A program made the position numbers and the translations under genes. The notes under the pieces are model-generated. The model did not search any database. It was not told the origin of the DNA and worked only from the letters and a program-made list of their open reading frames with translations. Below, one piece after another: positions 1 to 12,265 of a DNA stretch of 64,000 nt. Position 1 is the first letter of the stretch. Each line of letters starts with the position of its first letter. The stretch comes from Takakia lepidozioides (lineage: Eukaryota > Plantae > Bryophyta): assembly GCA_030704615.1 (NCBI GenBank), contig CM060733.1, positions 16,740,001 to 16,804,000 on the forward strand, written 5' to 3'.

Positions 1-220
1 AGAATCCCACATCAAATCAGCTTCAAAGAAATTCGCCACTTGACTGGTTGGAGGGCGGTCTTAGACATTGGTGATTCAATGAGGCGCTCTAGGAAGACAG
101 TCAAATGTGGGGACTTCAACTTGAAAGTTTCTAACCGGTTTGAAGCCCTGGAAGAGATTGATACCAAGCAGCCAGACCAGGTTAGTTGGCCCTATGTGTG
201 CTGAGGTTGAGCGTCAGGAA

Positions 221-343
221 CCTGAAGGATTTGGCACTCTGAATGGATTGCCAATCCTTAAGGTTTACTCTAAAAGAATTAAATCTTCGCCTGAAGGATT
301 TGGCACTCTGCATGGTTTGCCAATCCTTAAAGTTTACTCTAGA
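221..343 (+). repeat. Two-copy direct repeat, 69-bp period, in the LINE 5' region
   Basis: CCTGAAGGATTTGGCACTCTG(A/C)ATGG(A/T)TTGCCAATCCTTAA(G/A)GTTTACTCTA starts at 221 and again at 290; translates as PEGFGTLxGLPILKVYS twice. Confidence 0.9.
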
Positions 344-429
344 CACCCAAAATCTACACATGGGGCAACTGATCCCCCTTTGCAGAGCGGTTGGTCGTTC
401 AGGCGCAATCATAGGCTCCCTAGACGGCA

Positions 430-2100
430 AACAATCCATATGCAAAAGGCTGGCTTGCGGCTGAGCACTTTCAACTGCAAAACATCACACATTGTTTGAA
501 AGACAAATCGGGCCCAGATTAAGCTTGTGTTGACGACACCTTAATTTGGCACTGCCTCGGAACATGTGGGAAACAGAGAGGAGGGTAAGGCGGGGAGATT
601 AAACTGTCGTCAACGATTTGAAGTGGGACAAGGTCTTCAGTCAAATGGTATTCATATCTGTGCTGGGCAAGAGACATGGGAAACTTCGGACAAACTGGTT
701 GGAGATGTCAACGGCTACCGTTGGTTTGGCAAGATGTGTGCGCTAAAGGTGACCTCTGCCAAGCGTGGGCAAAAAGGTGTTGGCTTCTTTGTCCGAGATT
801 TCTTGTGTGATTATCAACAAGGATTTGCGGTATGAGCACAGTATCTGGCTGAAACTGAAATTGAAGGGCAGCGTGAGTAGGAAGGACCTCTTTGTGGGAT
901 GTGCTTACATGCCCACATAGGGGACCCGTAAAGCTGGACTGTGCTAAGTTCCTTGCCAAGGGTCAGGTGGTCTTATTGGGTGACTTCAATGCCCGGGTTG
1001 GTAAAGGTCTTCACCAGGATGATATCATCGGACCTTTAGGTGAGGACGAGCTGAACTCTAATGGAAGACGGTTTATTAACTGTCTGGAAGAGCTTCAGCT
1101 TTCGACCCTGAACAATAGGTCAAAAGGTGACCCGATGCAGTGGACCCGTGAGAAAGTCCAAACTGGGGAACGATCCATTGTGGATTATATCATAGTGGAC
1201 AAGAATCTGTTTCCCCAGTGTGTCAATGTGTTAATTGATAGAACTGATATTGGTACCTCTGACCACTTTCTGGTTTGGACTGAGATCAAAAGGTGTTTCC
1301 CCAACACCAAGAGATCTGTGAAACGTTCGATCCAGAAGTGGCGCATTGAAAAATTCCGAAATGAAGAGGTCAAGGCTGAGTATGTCCAGGCCTTGCAAGA
1401 GGCTCTGCCCAACTTTGTCCATTCGCTCCAAGACCTTCATTCTCGCGCTGGCAATGCAAGAAATGAAGTCGAAAGTGCGGTGGACTCTTGGGAGAGTTTC
1501 GTCTCTTCTGTGGCTGAAAAGATCATTGGGAGGAAACTAATTATCTGCAGTAGAGCTGTTAATTGGTGGACCAATGAGATCAAACTCAAGATTGCCGAGA
1601 GACGAGCCCTCTATAAAGAGTGCTGCAGAATGAAAGTCAATAATGACCTTTGGGTTAAGTACTACTGTAAGGTCTCAGAAGAAACTATATTGGGAGATGT
1701 TATACCGGGAAATAAACCAGGGTGGTAATGACAAGAAATTCTGGTTGGCCCTTCAACGTCTGTACAAGCCGAAAAATGGTGACTTCAACGGCTGACATTG
1801 TCAACACCTTTGAAACCCACTACAGTACACTTGGCAGAAAGTCTAGTTCTAGCGGGGAGGGGTTTTCTGAAGAATGGAATGACACAGCAGAAAGAACTGT
1901 GTCTATGATTCAAGACAGCCCTGATGAACTGGAGTATATTTCAAAGGGTTATAACGCTCCCATTAGTTCCTCTGAGATTGCGGAAGCAATTGAGCACCTA
2001 AACGGATACAAAGCTGGTGGCCCTGATGGCATTGTCAATGAGCTTATCAGGCATGGTGGTGATCTTACGATAGAGACTCTCTCATCCCATCTTTCAAATA
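430..2100 (+). mobile_element. Degenerate LINE (non-LTR) ORF2 fragment: AP-endonuclease plus pre-RT region, 3'-truncated
   Basis: EEP motifs ICAGQETW, GVGFFV (566-835), LLGDFNARVG, IVDYIIV, TSDHFLV (892-1728); pre-RT motif ISSSEIAEAIEHLNGYKAGGPDGIVNELIRHGG (1722-2141). Frameshifted and ends before the RT core. Confidence 0.85.
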
Positions 2101-2897
2101 ACAAGGCACAGGAATGGCAGCATGCACCGGTGCTCTTCTGAGCGCGCAGGTAGAGGCTATACCCAGGGGCCTGTCTTCCCCTTGCTGTGAACGGGCAGGA
2201 GGCCTCACATCATGGAGCAGAGCAAGGAACCAGGGTGGGGAGCTGACATGGGTATCCACTGTGACACCGCCTGGCTCCAGACCATTTCTCATTATGTCTG
2301 TGATGCCTCCAGCAGAGCCGAACAATGGTATGGACATACAATTCTCTGCAATGGTTTTTTGGGCTGAAAATTGTGTGCGTAGGAGCTAGTCTAGTCATGC
2401 TCCAGATTTTGGTTGCCCAATCCCAACATAATCTACACCCACTTCTGTTGGAGGATTTCACGTTATGATCATGTAATGCTGTAGACGAACGTGGGTGTAA
2501 TTGACATCCTTCTCCTCCTTCCATTAGCTCTTCAACATCTCTTCAAATGTATGAACTTGTGTTATCTCTCCTCTTTCCAGTCCATGTTTGGGAAGAAATT
2601 TTGTGTGTATATACTTGTGAGAGAGAGACGTGGCTTATTTGGGAGTCCCCGCGAGACACCCTGTTTAAACAAGGCAGACTGACGGACTTTTTGCTTCGCG
2701 TATCACGGGGCTCATGCAATTTCAGTGTTCATGTAAGTGCTGGTACAGACATCATGCTAGAAATTCCCAGTGCCATGGCTGTAGCCCAGATGGAACAGAG
2801 ATGTAAGAAGACTCCAATTTCATAAGGAGAAAGAGAGAGAGTCTCGTGGAAGTCCCGCAGTATCATTGTGGCTAAAGATCCATGTTTTTGGATGCAG

Positions 2898-2976
2898 GCC
2901 AAGCAATAAGCATAGGATATCTTTGTCAGGAGTTCATGTCAGATCCTTTGCGATGGTGGGACAACAGGTTGGCAAG
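2898..2976 (+). other. Putative upstream exon encoding the first half of an OSB-type PDF motif (YLCQEFMSDPLRWWDNR)
   Basis: TGCAG acceptor ends at 2897; AG|GTGAGG donor at 2977. The translation resembles the LWxxFFxDPxxWWDNR consensus. It ends in phase 2, whereas the other copies end in phase 0. Confidence 0.65.
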
Positions 2977-3230
2977 GTGAGGCTGTATGAATGGTTAACC
3001 AATCATTTTTAGTTTCTAGGATAGAAAGGACATACTTCTGTGTGCAAAGCTGGTTATATACGTATTTTAGCAGCCTGCACCATGGTTTTAGTTGCTTTGA
3101 TCACTGCAATTAAAATCTATCTGTCACTCTGGCTGGAGTACCTCTAACTTTGGTATCAGTCATTTCTAAGCCTTCCATTTAATTGATGTGGGATATATTT
3201 TGAACCGATACTTGTGTTTGGTGGTTGTAG

Positions 3231-3481
3231 CCTGGTCTATGCGAGGCTGTGGTTGAAGCTATGGCTGCTGAGCCGCCCACTGGTGGTTATCACAGCTTCA
3301 GACATAATTGGAGAAAGGAGTTCCTTGGGAGTTGGTCGAATTGTCCCTGGGTGGAAGCAGAGCCAGCTGCCATGATTCAACATCGAGCACAATCCGGTGA
3401 TGGTTGTTATGTCAATGCACGCCATGGCGTTCCCGTCCAAGAATACATTGGGTATTGTTTAGATGACGATTCAGGTTTAAC
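3231..3481 (+). CDS. Upstream coding exon of the PPR-DYW gene (second half of PDF-like motif, ...SWSNCPWVEAEPAAM...)
   Basis: Open frame from 3231 (ATG at 3261). GTGAGT donor at 3482 and CATGCAG acceptor ending at 3653 give AC+G = Thr, in frame with ATG 3655. The segment is conserved upstream of the paralogue (about 12440-12615). Confidence 0.7.
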
Positions 3482-3654
3482 GTGAGTAGATGTGCTTGGT
3501 ACAGATTATGCTCAATGACCATTTCTCACTAGTTTTATAACTGTAATTATGCGGCAAAGGCCCTCATCAATACATATTTCTTGAAAGCATCTAGGTGTAT
3601 AATACAATTTGCACTTGAGGTTGAAGGTTTGATTTAGAGTTTGAGTCATGCAGG

Positions 3655-6600
3655 ATGGCAGGATTGAATGAGGCGGAGATGTTTCTGGGACAAGAGACTG
3701 GCGGCAGGGGTAGTTCCCTCTCTGGCACTTGTCAGTATGTTAGGACACTATGTAAGGCAGGACGACTGAAAGATGTGCTGCACATTTTGAGCCAACAAGG
3801 CATTCGAGCAGACTGGAATACATATGTCGTTCTCTTGCAGGAATGTATAAACATGAAAAACCTAGCACAAGGGAAGCAGGTGCATGCCCACATTATCCAA
3901 AGTGGATGCAAGCCAAAAGTATATCTGCTCAATACACTTGTCAACATGTATGTCAAGTGCGGTAGCTTGGTGGATGCACGTCAAGTGTTTGACAAAATGC
4001 CTGAACGAGATTTGCTTACATGGACTATGATGATGGCAGGCTATGCCAAGCATGGGCATGCTCAGGATGCCTTCAAAATCTACGAGCAAATGCAATGGGA
4101 AAGGGTGACCCCTGACAGGATCACCTTCATCTGTGGTCTCAAAGCATGTGCCACCCTAGGAGACCTGGAAAAGGGCAAAAGGATCCATGGTGACATCATC
4201 AAAGCTGGAATAAAGTCATATGTAAACCTGGAGAATAGCCTTGTGGACATGTATGCCAAATGCGGGATCATGAAGGATGCGCAGCAAGTGTTTGATAATA
4301 TGGCTAAGCGAGATGTGGTTTCATGGAGTGCCATGATTGCAGGATATGCTCAGCATGGGTGTGGTAGGGAAGCTTTGAAGGTCTACGAGCAAATGCAACA
4401 GGAAGGGATGATGCCAAACAGGGTCACATTCATTTGCGTTCTCAATGCATGTGCTAGCTTAGGAGATTTGGAGAAGGGCAAGCAGGTCCATGCTGACATC
4501 ATCAAAGCTGGAATTATGTCATATATTAATTTGGAGAATACTCTTGTTGACATGTATGCAAAATGCGCAAGCATGAAAGATGCCCAGCAAGTGTTTGATA
4601 ATATGGCTACACGAGATGTGGTCTCGTGGAGTGCATTGATAGCAGGATATGCTCGTCATGGGTTTGGGAGGGAGGCTTTCCAGATGTACAGGCAAATGCA
4701 ACAAGCAGGGGTGAGACCCAACACAGTCACATTTCTTTGTGTTCTCAATGCGTGTTCCAGCCTAGGAGCCCTGGAAAAGGGCAAAGAGGTGCATGCTGAC
4801 ACCATGAAAGCTGGAATTGCGTCCTATATCAATTTGGAGAATAGCCTTATCGACATGTATGCAAAATGCGGCAGCATGAAGGAGGCGCATCAAGTGTTCG
4901 ACAGTATGGCTGAACGAGATGTGGTCTCGTGGAGTTCGTTGATAGCAGGATATGCTCAGCATGGGGATGCTATGGAAGCTTTCAAGATCTATGAGAAAAT
5001 GCAACAGGATGGGGTGACGCCCGACAGGGTCACATTCACTTGTATTCTCAATGCATGCGCCAGCCTCAGAGCTCTGGAAAAAGGGAAACAGGTCCATGAT
5101 GACATCCGCAAATCTAGGATCGTGCCAGATATTATCCTGGAGAATACCCTTGTTGACATGTATGCAAAATGCAGGGGCATGAAGGATGCTCGTCTAGTGT
5201 TTGACAATATGACACAACATGATGTGGTTTCATGGACGACCATGATTGCAGCATATGCTCAGCATGAGTATGGCAGGGAGGCTGTTGAGATGTATGAACA
5301 AATGCAACAGAAAGGGCTAAGGCCCGACAGGGTCACATTCACTTGTGTTCTCAATGCATGTGCCAGCCTAGGAGCCTTGGAGAAGGGCAAAGAGGTCCAT
5401 GCTGACATCATTAAATCTGGAATTGCATGCTACATAAATTTGGAGACTGCGCTTGTGGACATGTATGCGAAATGTGGGAGCATAAAGGATGCGCGTCAAG
5501 CTTTTGACAATATGGCTAAACGAGATATAGTATCATGGAACACCATGATCGCAGGGTATGCTCAACATGGATGTGGCAGGGAGGCTTTCGAGATATATGA
5601 GAGATTGCAGCAAGACAGGATGACTCCTAACAGGGTCACCTTCTCTTGTATGCTCAATGCGTGTGCCAGCCTAGGAGCCCTGGAGAAGGGCAAGCAGGTT
5701 CACGCTGACATCAGCAAAAGTGGAATTGTGTGGGATATCATTTTGGATAACAGCCTTGTTGACATGTATGCCAAATGTGGGAGCATAAGGGATGCGCGTC
5801 AAGTGTTTGACAGTATGGCCCAACGAGACGTGGTTTCATGGAATGCCATGCTCACAGGATATGCAAGGCATGCGTGTGGTGGGGAAGTGTGGGAGGTCTA
5901 TGAGCAAATGCGGCAGGAACAAGTGATGCCTGACAAGGTCACCTTCATTTGCCTTCTCAATGCATGTGCCAGCCTAGGAACCCTGGAAAACGGCAAAGAG
6001 ACCCATGCCGAAATCATCAAATCTGGAATTAAGTCGGTTCCATACTTAGACACTGCCCTTGTCGACATGTATGCCAAATGCGGGAGCATACAGGATGCAC
6101 GGAAAGTGTTCGACGGTATGGTTAAACAAGATGTGGTCTCATGGAACGCCATGATAGCAGGTTATGCTCAACATGGGTTTGGTAGGGAGGCTTTGGAGAT
6201 TTATGAGGAAATGCAACGGGAAGGGGTGATGCCTGACAGGGTCACGCTTACTTGTGCTCTCAATGCGTGTTCCAGCCTTGGAGCCCTGGAAAAGGGCAAG
6301 CAGGTCCATGCTGAAATCAGCAAAAATGGGATCATGCCAGATATGATTTTGGATAACAGTCTTGTTGACATGTATGCCAAATGCGGGAGCATAAAGGATG
6401 CACATCAAGTGTTTGACACTCTGGGTCAACGAGATGTCGTCTCATGGAACGCCATGATCGCGGGCTACGCTTGTCAGGGGTTTGGTAGGGAGGCCCTCCT
6501 AGTATTTGAACAAATGCAAAAGGAAGGGTTGAAGCCGGATACTATCACCTTTATATCTCTTCTATCGGCATGTAGCCATGGGGGCCTAGTGGAAGAAGGC

Positions 6601-7359
6601 TGTCACTACTTTGATTCCATGAGTGGAGATCATGGCCTCAATCCTTCTGTGGAGCATTTTGGCTGCATTGTGGACCTTCTTGGCCGCGCAGGCCGATTGG
6701 TGGAAGCAGGGGACTTCATTAACAAAATGCCAATTGAACCAGATGTTCGGGTGTGGGGTACTTTGCTTGGTGCCTGCAGAGTCCATGGAGATGTGGAGCT
6801 AGCAGAATGTGTAGCAAAAATCGTACTCCAGAAGGATCCACAGGATGCTGCATCTTATGTGCTCCTGTCAAACATCTATGCTGCGGCAGGGAGGTGGGAT
6901 GATAAAGCAAAGGTGAGAAAAATGATGGAAGACAGAGGTGTCAGCAAGGAGCCAGGGCACAGCTGCATCGAGGTCAACAACCTTGTGCATACGTTTGTTG
7001 CGGAAGATAAATGGCATCCTCAACTTGAGGAAATCCATGCTGAGCTGAATAGATTGTCTGAGCAGATGAAGGGGGCAGGGTACGTACCTGACACACGCTT
7101 TGTATTACACGATTTGGAAAAGGACCAAAAGGAATTTTCTCTGTGCCACCACAGTGAAAGATTGGCTATTGCTTTTGGGCTCATCAGCACACCCCATGGG
7201 GCTCCTATCCGCATCATCAAGAACCTTCGGGTATGTGGTGACTGCCACACCGCCACCAAGTTTATCGCGAAGATTGTGGGTCGAGCAGTTGTGGTTCGGG
7301 ATGCCAATCGCTTTCACCACTTCCAGGATGGGGTCTGTTCCTGTGGAGATTACTGGTGA
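3655..7359 (+). CDS. PLS-class pentatricopeptide repeat protein with E1/E2 and DYW cytidine-deaminase domains (organellar C-to-U editing factor)
   Basis: 1234-aa uninterrupted ORF with 101-aa P-L-S triplets (nine MY(A/V)KC S-motifs), then P2-L2-S2, E1/E2, PG box ([10 protein letters not shown]), HSERLA, CGDCH and terminal CSCGDYW. Confidence 0.98.
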   Translation: MAGLNEAEMFLGQETGGRGSSLSGTCQYVRTLCKAGRLKDVLHILSQQGIRADWNTYVVLLQECINMKNLAQGKQVHAHIIQSGCKPKVYLLNTLVNMYVKCGSLVDARQVFDKMPERDLLTWTMMMAGYAKHGHAQDAFKIYEQMQWERVTPDRITFICGLKACATLGDLEKGKRIHGDIIKAGIKSYVNLENSLVDMYAKCGIMKDAQQVFDNMAKRDVVSWSAMIAGYAQHGCGREALKVYEQMQQEGMMPNRVTFICVLNACASLGDLEKGKQVHADIIKAGIMSYINLENTLVDMYAKCASMKDAQQVFDNMATRDVVSWSALIAGYARHGFGREAFQMYRQMQQAGVRPNTVTFLCVLNACSSLGALEKGKEVHADTMKAGIASYINLENSLIDMYAKCGSMKEAHQVFDSMAERDVVSWSSLIAGYAQHGDAMEAFKIYEKMQQDGVTPDRVTFTCILNACASLRALEKGKQVHDDIRKSRIVPDIILENTLVDMYAKCRGMKDARLVFDNMTQHDVVSWTTMIAAYAQHEYGREAVEMYEQMQQKGLRPDRVTFTCVLNACASLGALEKGKEVHADIIKSGIACYINLETALVDMYAKCGSIKDARQAFDNMAKRDIVSWNTMIAGYAQHGCGREAFEIYERLQQDRMTPNRVTFSCMLNACASLGALEKGKQVHADISKSGIVWDIILDNSLVDMYAKCGSIRDARQVFDSMAQRDVVSWNAMLTGYARHACGGEVWEVYEQMRQEQVMPDKVTFICLLNACASLGTLENGKETHAEIIKSGIKSVPYLDTALVDMYAKCGSIQDARKVFDGMVKQDVVSWNAMIAGYAQHGFGREALEIYEEMQREGVMPDRVTLTCALNACSSLGALEKGKQVHAEISKNGIMPDMILDNSLVDMYAKCGSIKDAHQVFDTLGQRDVVSWNAMIAGYACQGFGREALLVFEQMQKEGLKPDTITFISLLSACSHGGLVEEGCHYFDSMSGDHGLNPSVEHFGCIVDLLGRAGRLVEAGDFINKMPIEPDVRVWGTLLGACRVHGDVELAECVAKIVLQKDPQDAASYVLLSNIYAAAGRWDDKAKVRKMMEDRGVSKEPGHSCIEVNNLVHTFVAEDKWHPQLEEIHAELNRLSEQMKGAGYVPDTRFVLHDLEKDQKEFSLCHHSERLAIAFGLISTPHGAPIRIIKNLRVCGDCHTATKFIAKIVGRAVVVRDANRFHHFQDGVCSCGDYW

Positions 7360-9104
7360 CACAGTGCGCCCCGTCAAACGTGAGGGTGCAAGGTCATAAT
7401 CTCTCATCAGTTTTTTGTAGCAAAGAGTTAGCAGAAAAGAATCAATGTATCATTGAATGGGAGATTGACTACTACCCTCTTGGTGGGCCTTCCCGATGGT
7501 GATGATCGGCATTCAATCATCATTGAGAAGCAACGGTGATCTCCGGGAAAACCTTATTGAAGAGGAATAATCAACAGATTGCAGGGAACACTATGTGCAA
7601 AGAAAATCAAGGAATGTATGTTGATTTTCGAGCTTCAGTGATTGAGACAAAGTAGAGTTTACTGAGGATGGACTTAGGAGAGGATCTTTCCCTCGTAAAG
7701 GAGAGATCAACGAGATCTCGAGATCTGCCACATAGTATGGGCTCTGAGGCATTCGCATACTGGAGGGAGAACATAGATTTAGAAGAGGGGTAAGAAATGG
7801 GCAGAATGAAGAGAACGACAGTTAGAATAGAGAAGGGCAACCAAATTCCAGATGCGAGAGATAGAGAAGGATGTGCCATGTGATAGAAAAGAACTGGAAA
7901 ATCGTGTGTGTGAATGAAACTTGATGGAGGAATTTTCACACCAGGAAAGATGTGTCTGTACCGCGGTCTTCTGGTCCATTTTAGATAGAATGTTGGAATC
8001 TGAATAGAGAAGCGTCCATTCTGGTTGTTTTGCTGTTCTGTTCATGCATACTAGGATCTCATAGAGGAGTAGGGAAGTCGTGTGTGTGAGGGCAGCAAGA
8101 AGAGTGAGTTTAATTGATGAAGTGAAGCTGCACCAGTAACTGAGCACATGGCCCTTTTCTGCTCCTCTTATGCATTAGGGATTGCAAATTCTGTTAAGAT
8201 AAGGGATCTGCTATGTATGCCAGGGATTCCGGTGATGACACTCTGCTCTGAATGACCAACAGGACCTGCGAACTGCATTGCATTGTACATGTAGAATAGC
8301 ATATAGTAAACCACAGGTTCCTGCTCACAGTTGTATCTCTCGTGAGAAGTGAACAATCAAAGAGTGGGTGAGAGCTGAAGAAATCGTATGTTGCATTTGG
8401 AAAGGACTCTCACCTGCATAACTAATCCTGGAATTCATGTGATGTGTGACTGGGATATGGGCAGAGGAACAACACCTTGGTGGCATGTGCAATTACAGAA
8501 TCAATAGAGGATTAGGGAGGATGAAGTAGACAAGTATTTCTGGTATCCCTACCTACATCTTCTCTTCCGCTGCGGTGTAGGTAAGGGCATTAGTGCTCTG
8601 GTCATGAATGGTTAGTGAAGTAGACAAGTAGGGTTTGAGCCCTTTCTTTTTCACACTACACGTATTTGTGTTTAGAACTTTCAAGTTTTATCAACAGCTT
8701 GTAGTATGTTCAGGAATGAACTGGAGATAACCAGGCAATGTGTTTTTCATGCAAGGGGATGTACCGACATAATCATGTGCGTATTGAAGCTTAACCTCTT
8801 TGATCAGTCCTAGAAGGACTGCTAAAATCTGCTCCAGCACTCGAGAAATAAAAAAGTTCACAAGATTTAAAGATATGATTCTTCCATATGGAAGAAATTC
8901 TAAATAGGACAGATGTCTCACAGCGATAAAAGCTGCTACTACTACTGCACAAAACGGTCACCTATCTTAAAGTTTTCACAGAACTTCCGATCTGCAGTAT
9001 AAAGGTCTTCTGCTTTGATGTCTTCAACTGCAAGTTTCACGCTGTGCATCCATTTGACAAAAGTGAAGGAAAAAATAGTTCTTTGTGGCGATTGAGAAGA
9101 ATGG

Positions 9105-11092
9105 ATCAAGTGAGAGTCCCTGTAAGTGTTCCTTATCGCCCAAAGGATGATCTACATGTCGAGATTGTGTATGTTGATAATTGTCTAAAGTAGCTAGAAG
9201 TAGTGTCAAATGGGCGAATTAGGGAACGATGGCTACAGAGATGCGTGAGCAACTCTATTGGAGCTTGGGGCAAGCATTTACCTGGTGTGCAAGCCCAAGA
9301 ATTGAGGAGGAGGCAGATCCTACATCTGCACAATCATATGAAGATCTTGCACATAGGAAATGTATTGTTGTAGTTGAGCTGGGTGTCACCCTCAGAAGGG
9401 GTTGGTGAGTCAATTTGCAACCTTGAAGGCCACTGCCCTACAGACGAATGATCTCATTTCAGAGAGGAGGGCAGAGGTGAAGGAGATGAAGGAGGCCACG
9501 AAGAGGCAAGAAGAGAGGGATGCAAGTATTAAAACAAGAGTTGGGGCATTGGAAGTCCAGCTGGAAGACTGCAACTATCACAGGGAATTGTAGGATAAGC
9601 AACTTGAAAATGCGCAGGCGCATTTTGATGAGCTCACGAGGTTTTTGAGGAGGGAGATTGAGTTGGGGAGCAAGGTTAGGAAGAGGGTTGCCTTGACAGT
9701 GGCAAGGAGGAGTGTGGAAAAAACATGTACTTTCAGTGAGACGGACTGAGAAAGGGTAGGCATCCGCACTTTGAAAGTGAAGGAATTATTGGTGGATGGG
9801 CTTTTCAGCAATAGAACCCACCAACTCTTCGGCTGGAATGTTGTGGATGGACTCGTTGAACTCGAAAAACCCATCCACCAACAAGTTCTTCACCTTCAAA
9901 GTGCGGATGCCTACCCTTTCCTAGTCCGCCTCACTGAAAATACCAAAGAAAGTCCTCTACGCTTCCTTCTCCCTCTTCCTCCTTCCACATGCTTTTTCCA
10001 CACTCCTTCTTACCACTGTGAAGGCAACCCTCTTCCTAACCTTGCTCCCCTAACCTTCCTAACATTAATTGTGGTTTCTGGATTTGTTCCTCTCTCATGT
10101 TTTCTTCCATTTGTCCCATAAGCTCTATGAGCTTTCCGCGGACGTTATAAAGCACCATTTCATTTCATTTCCCCAACTCAATCCCCCTTCTCAAAAACCT
10201 CCTAAGCTCATCAAAATGCGCCTTCGTATCTTCAAGTCGCTTATCCTACAATTCCCTGTGATAGTTGCAATCTTCAAGCTAGACTTCCAATGCCTTTAAT
10301 ACTTGCATCCCTCTTGCCTTCTCGTGACCTCTTTCGTCTCCTTCTCTCCCCTCCTCTCTGAAATGAGATCATTCGTCTGTAAGACAGTGGCCTTCAAGGT
10401 TGCAACCTGACTCACAAACCCCTTCTGAGGGTGACCCAACTCAACTACAACAATACATTTCCCATGTGCAAGATCTTCATATGATTGTGCACACTCATGG
10501 ATCTGTCTCCCCCTTAACTCTTGGGCTTACACACCATGTAAATGCTCACCTCAAGCTCCAATAGAGTCACTCACGCATCTCTGTAGCCATCGCTACGTAA
10601 TTCGTCCATTTGGCTCCAGTTGCTTTAGACGCTCATCAACATACACAATCTTGACATGTATATCGTCCTTTGGACGATAAGGATTAATATCAATACTATC
10701 AAGAACATCCTTGCGACCCACCTCTGCTTCCCATAGATCCACCTCTATTTCTGCCACCCCCACCTCAGCTTTTCGTGTTTTTAAGCATCGCTGAACCTGC
10801 ACATCCGGTCAACTACTCTACATAAGACAACTTTTGGTTACCCAAAGCAGTATCATATGTTAATGTGAGTACTCGTTGGAGAAAAACACTAAAATCGAGT
10901 AAGTGTATACACATACTACTCTTCTTAAAAACAACGAGTGGTGAAAACTGATTATTCTACTCACCTTTATGGTAAACTCGATGAGTGTGGGCCTGCACTA
11001 TCTGCCACCCCAAACATACGAACATATCAAAATGTCTCCTTTAAAGCCATACGAAGTCAGTCCTGACATACTTATAGGGACTCTCACTTGAT
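9105..11092. repeat. Long foldback inverted repeat (about 2 kb) with about 57-bp spacer
   Basis: 9105-9127 ATCAAGTGAGAGTCCCTGTAAGT matches the reverse complement of 11070-11092 at 22/23. 9131-9806 pairs with 9864-10683; for example GAAAGGGTAGGCATCCGCACTTTGAA pairs with TTCAAAGTGCGGATGCCTACCCTTTC. Confidence 0.9.
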
Positions 11093-12214
11093 ATCGATAT
11101 CCTTAGCCAGCTTCACTCTCAACGTTCTTTCTATCCTAGTAGCTAAAAATGATTGGTCACAACAGAAAACCTCACCTTACCAGACCACGGTGAAGGATAT
11201 GCCGAACTCCTGCAAAAGCCACGCTTACTGCTTGGCCTAAATGAAACTACATAGAACATCGTCATTATCAGCTCCTAATTGTCGCGTGTTTTCTGCTGTG
11301 GAATGAACTTGGTGTGTCTCTTTCCAACAACAAAAAACAAAAGCGCCGGGTGAAGGGTCGCGACCAAAAGGCCAAGGACATGTTTCTTGGGTCCAAAACC
11401 AAGGAAGTTTTGTCCAAGATATTCGGACAGCGTGCATCTCACATTTTGGGATTGTCTTGCGGTCATCGGATTCATTACATCCTTCACCCATTTGGTCCTT
11501 TCTCTCAAGCGAGTACAACGAAGCTGATTTGTGGATTGTGGGTGACAGCTTGCAAACTTGGATTGCAGCGCACTCCGCTGCTATCCTGAGAGCTGCCCTG
11601 TTCTCTCCTGTGCAGTGAATGGGCGACAGCCTAATTATGCAGCAGATTATCGGGCCAGCTATGGATGGAGCTGAAATTAGTATCCAGCTTGGGAATGCCG
11701 GAGCCTAGACCGGTGCGAGTGATGGCTACACACCTTTATACGGAAGAAAGATACAAACACACGATTCTTTGTTTACTTTTCGCAAGATAAATTGGTCGAA
11801 GAGGTGCAAGCAGGATTGAAATTGACAACCAGGCCGTTCAGCTCCTCCCTCAATATCGGCTGTAGCATCTGAAATTTCTCTCTACTCTCCATATTTTAAA
11901 GGAGATAGAGACAGGTTATAGCGCCTCTGGGATTTCCTGATTTTAATATTCGACTCGTTTTTCTTGGCCCGGGGTGAAGAGTTATGTCATGGCTCGCAGC
12001 GGAAAATCCTGCTGCTGGTTTCAAGGTGTGGAAGCATTTTGAGCTCGCTTCTCAATTTTTAGGACCCGTCATCACAGATAGACAGGTGGTGTTAAGATAG
12101 CTGCTGAGAATGTACGTTCAAGTACTGGCACTCCCAGTCCTGGATGGAGACTGGGGCAATCAGAAGGTGGAAAAATTCTCATGTCCTTATAATTCTTGCA
12201 CAAAAAGCAAAGAA

Positions 12215-12265
12215 TGGCTCTTCTTCTCATAACCTTCACAGTGGTGGGACAACAGCTTTCATAAG
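12215..12265 (+). pseudogene. PDF-motif exon relic upstream of the second PPR gene (WLFFS*PSQWWDNSFHK)
   Basis: WWDN motif followed by AAG|GTGTGG donor; in-frame TAA at 12230; downstream segment SWLNPPWVKADLAAM at about 12450-12494. Confidence 0.65.

Noticed and set aside
3732-6910. Many similar short minus-strand ORFs ([11 protein letters not shown]...), also at 13004-15356
   Set aside because: They are antisense shadows of the 303-bp PLS repeat, not genes.
6945-7359. U-to-C (DYW:KP) editing factor
   Set aside because: It has a PG box, HSERLA and terminal DYW, typical of C-to-U enzymes.
7450-8700. Purine-biased stretch with short minus-strand ORFs, possibly an old LINE
   Set aside because: No diagnostic motif could be recognised.
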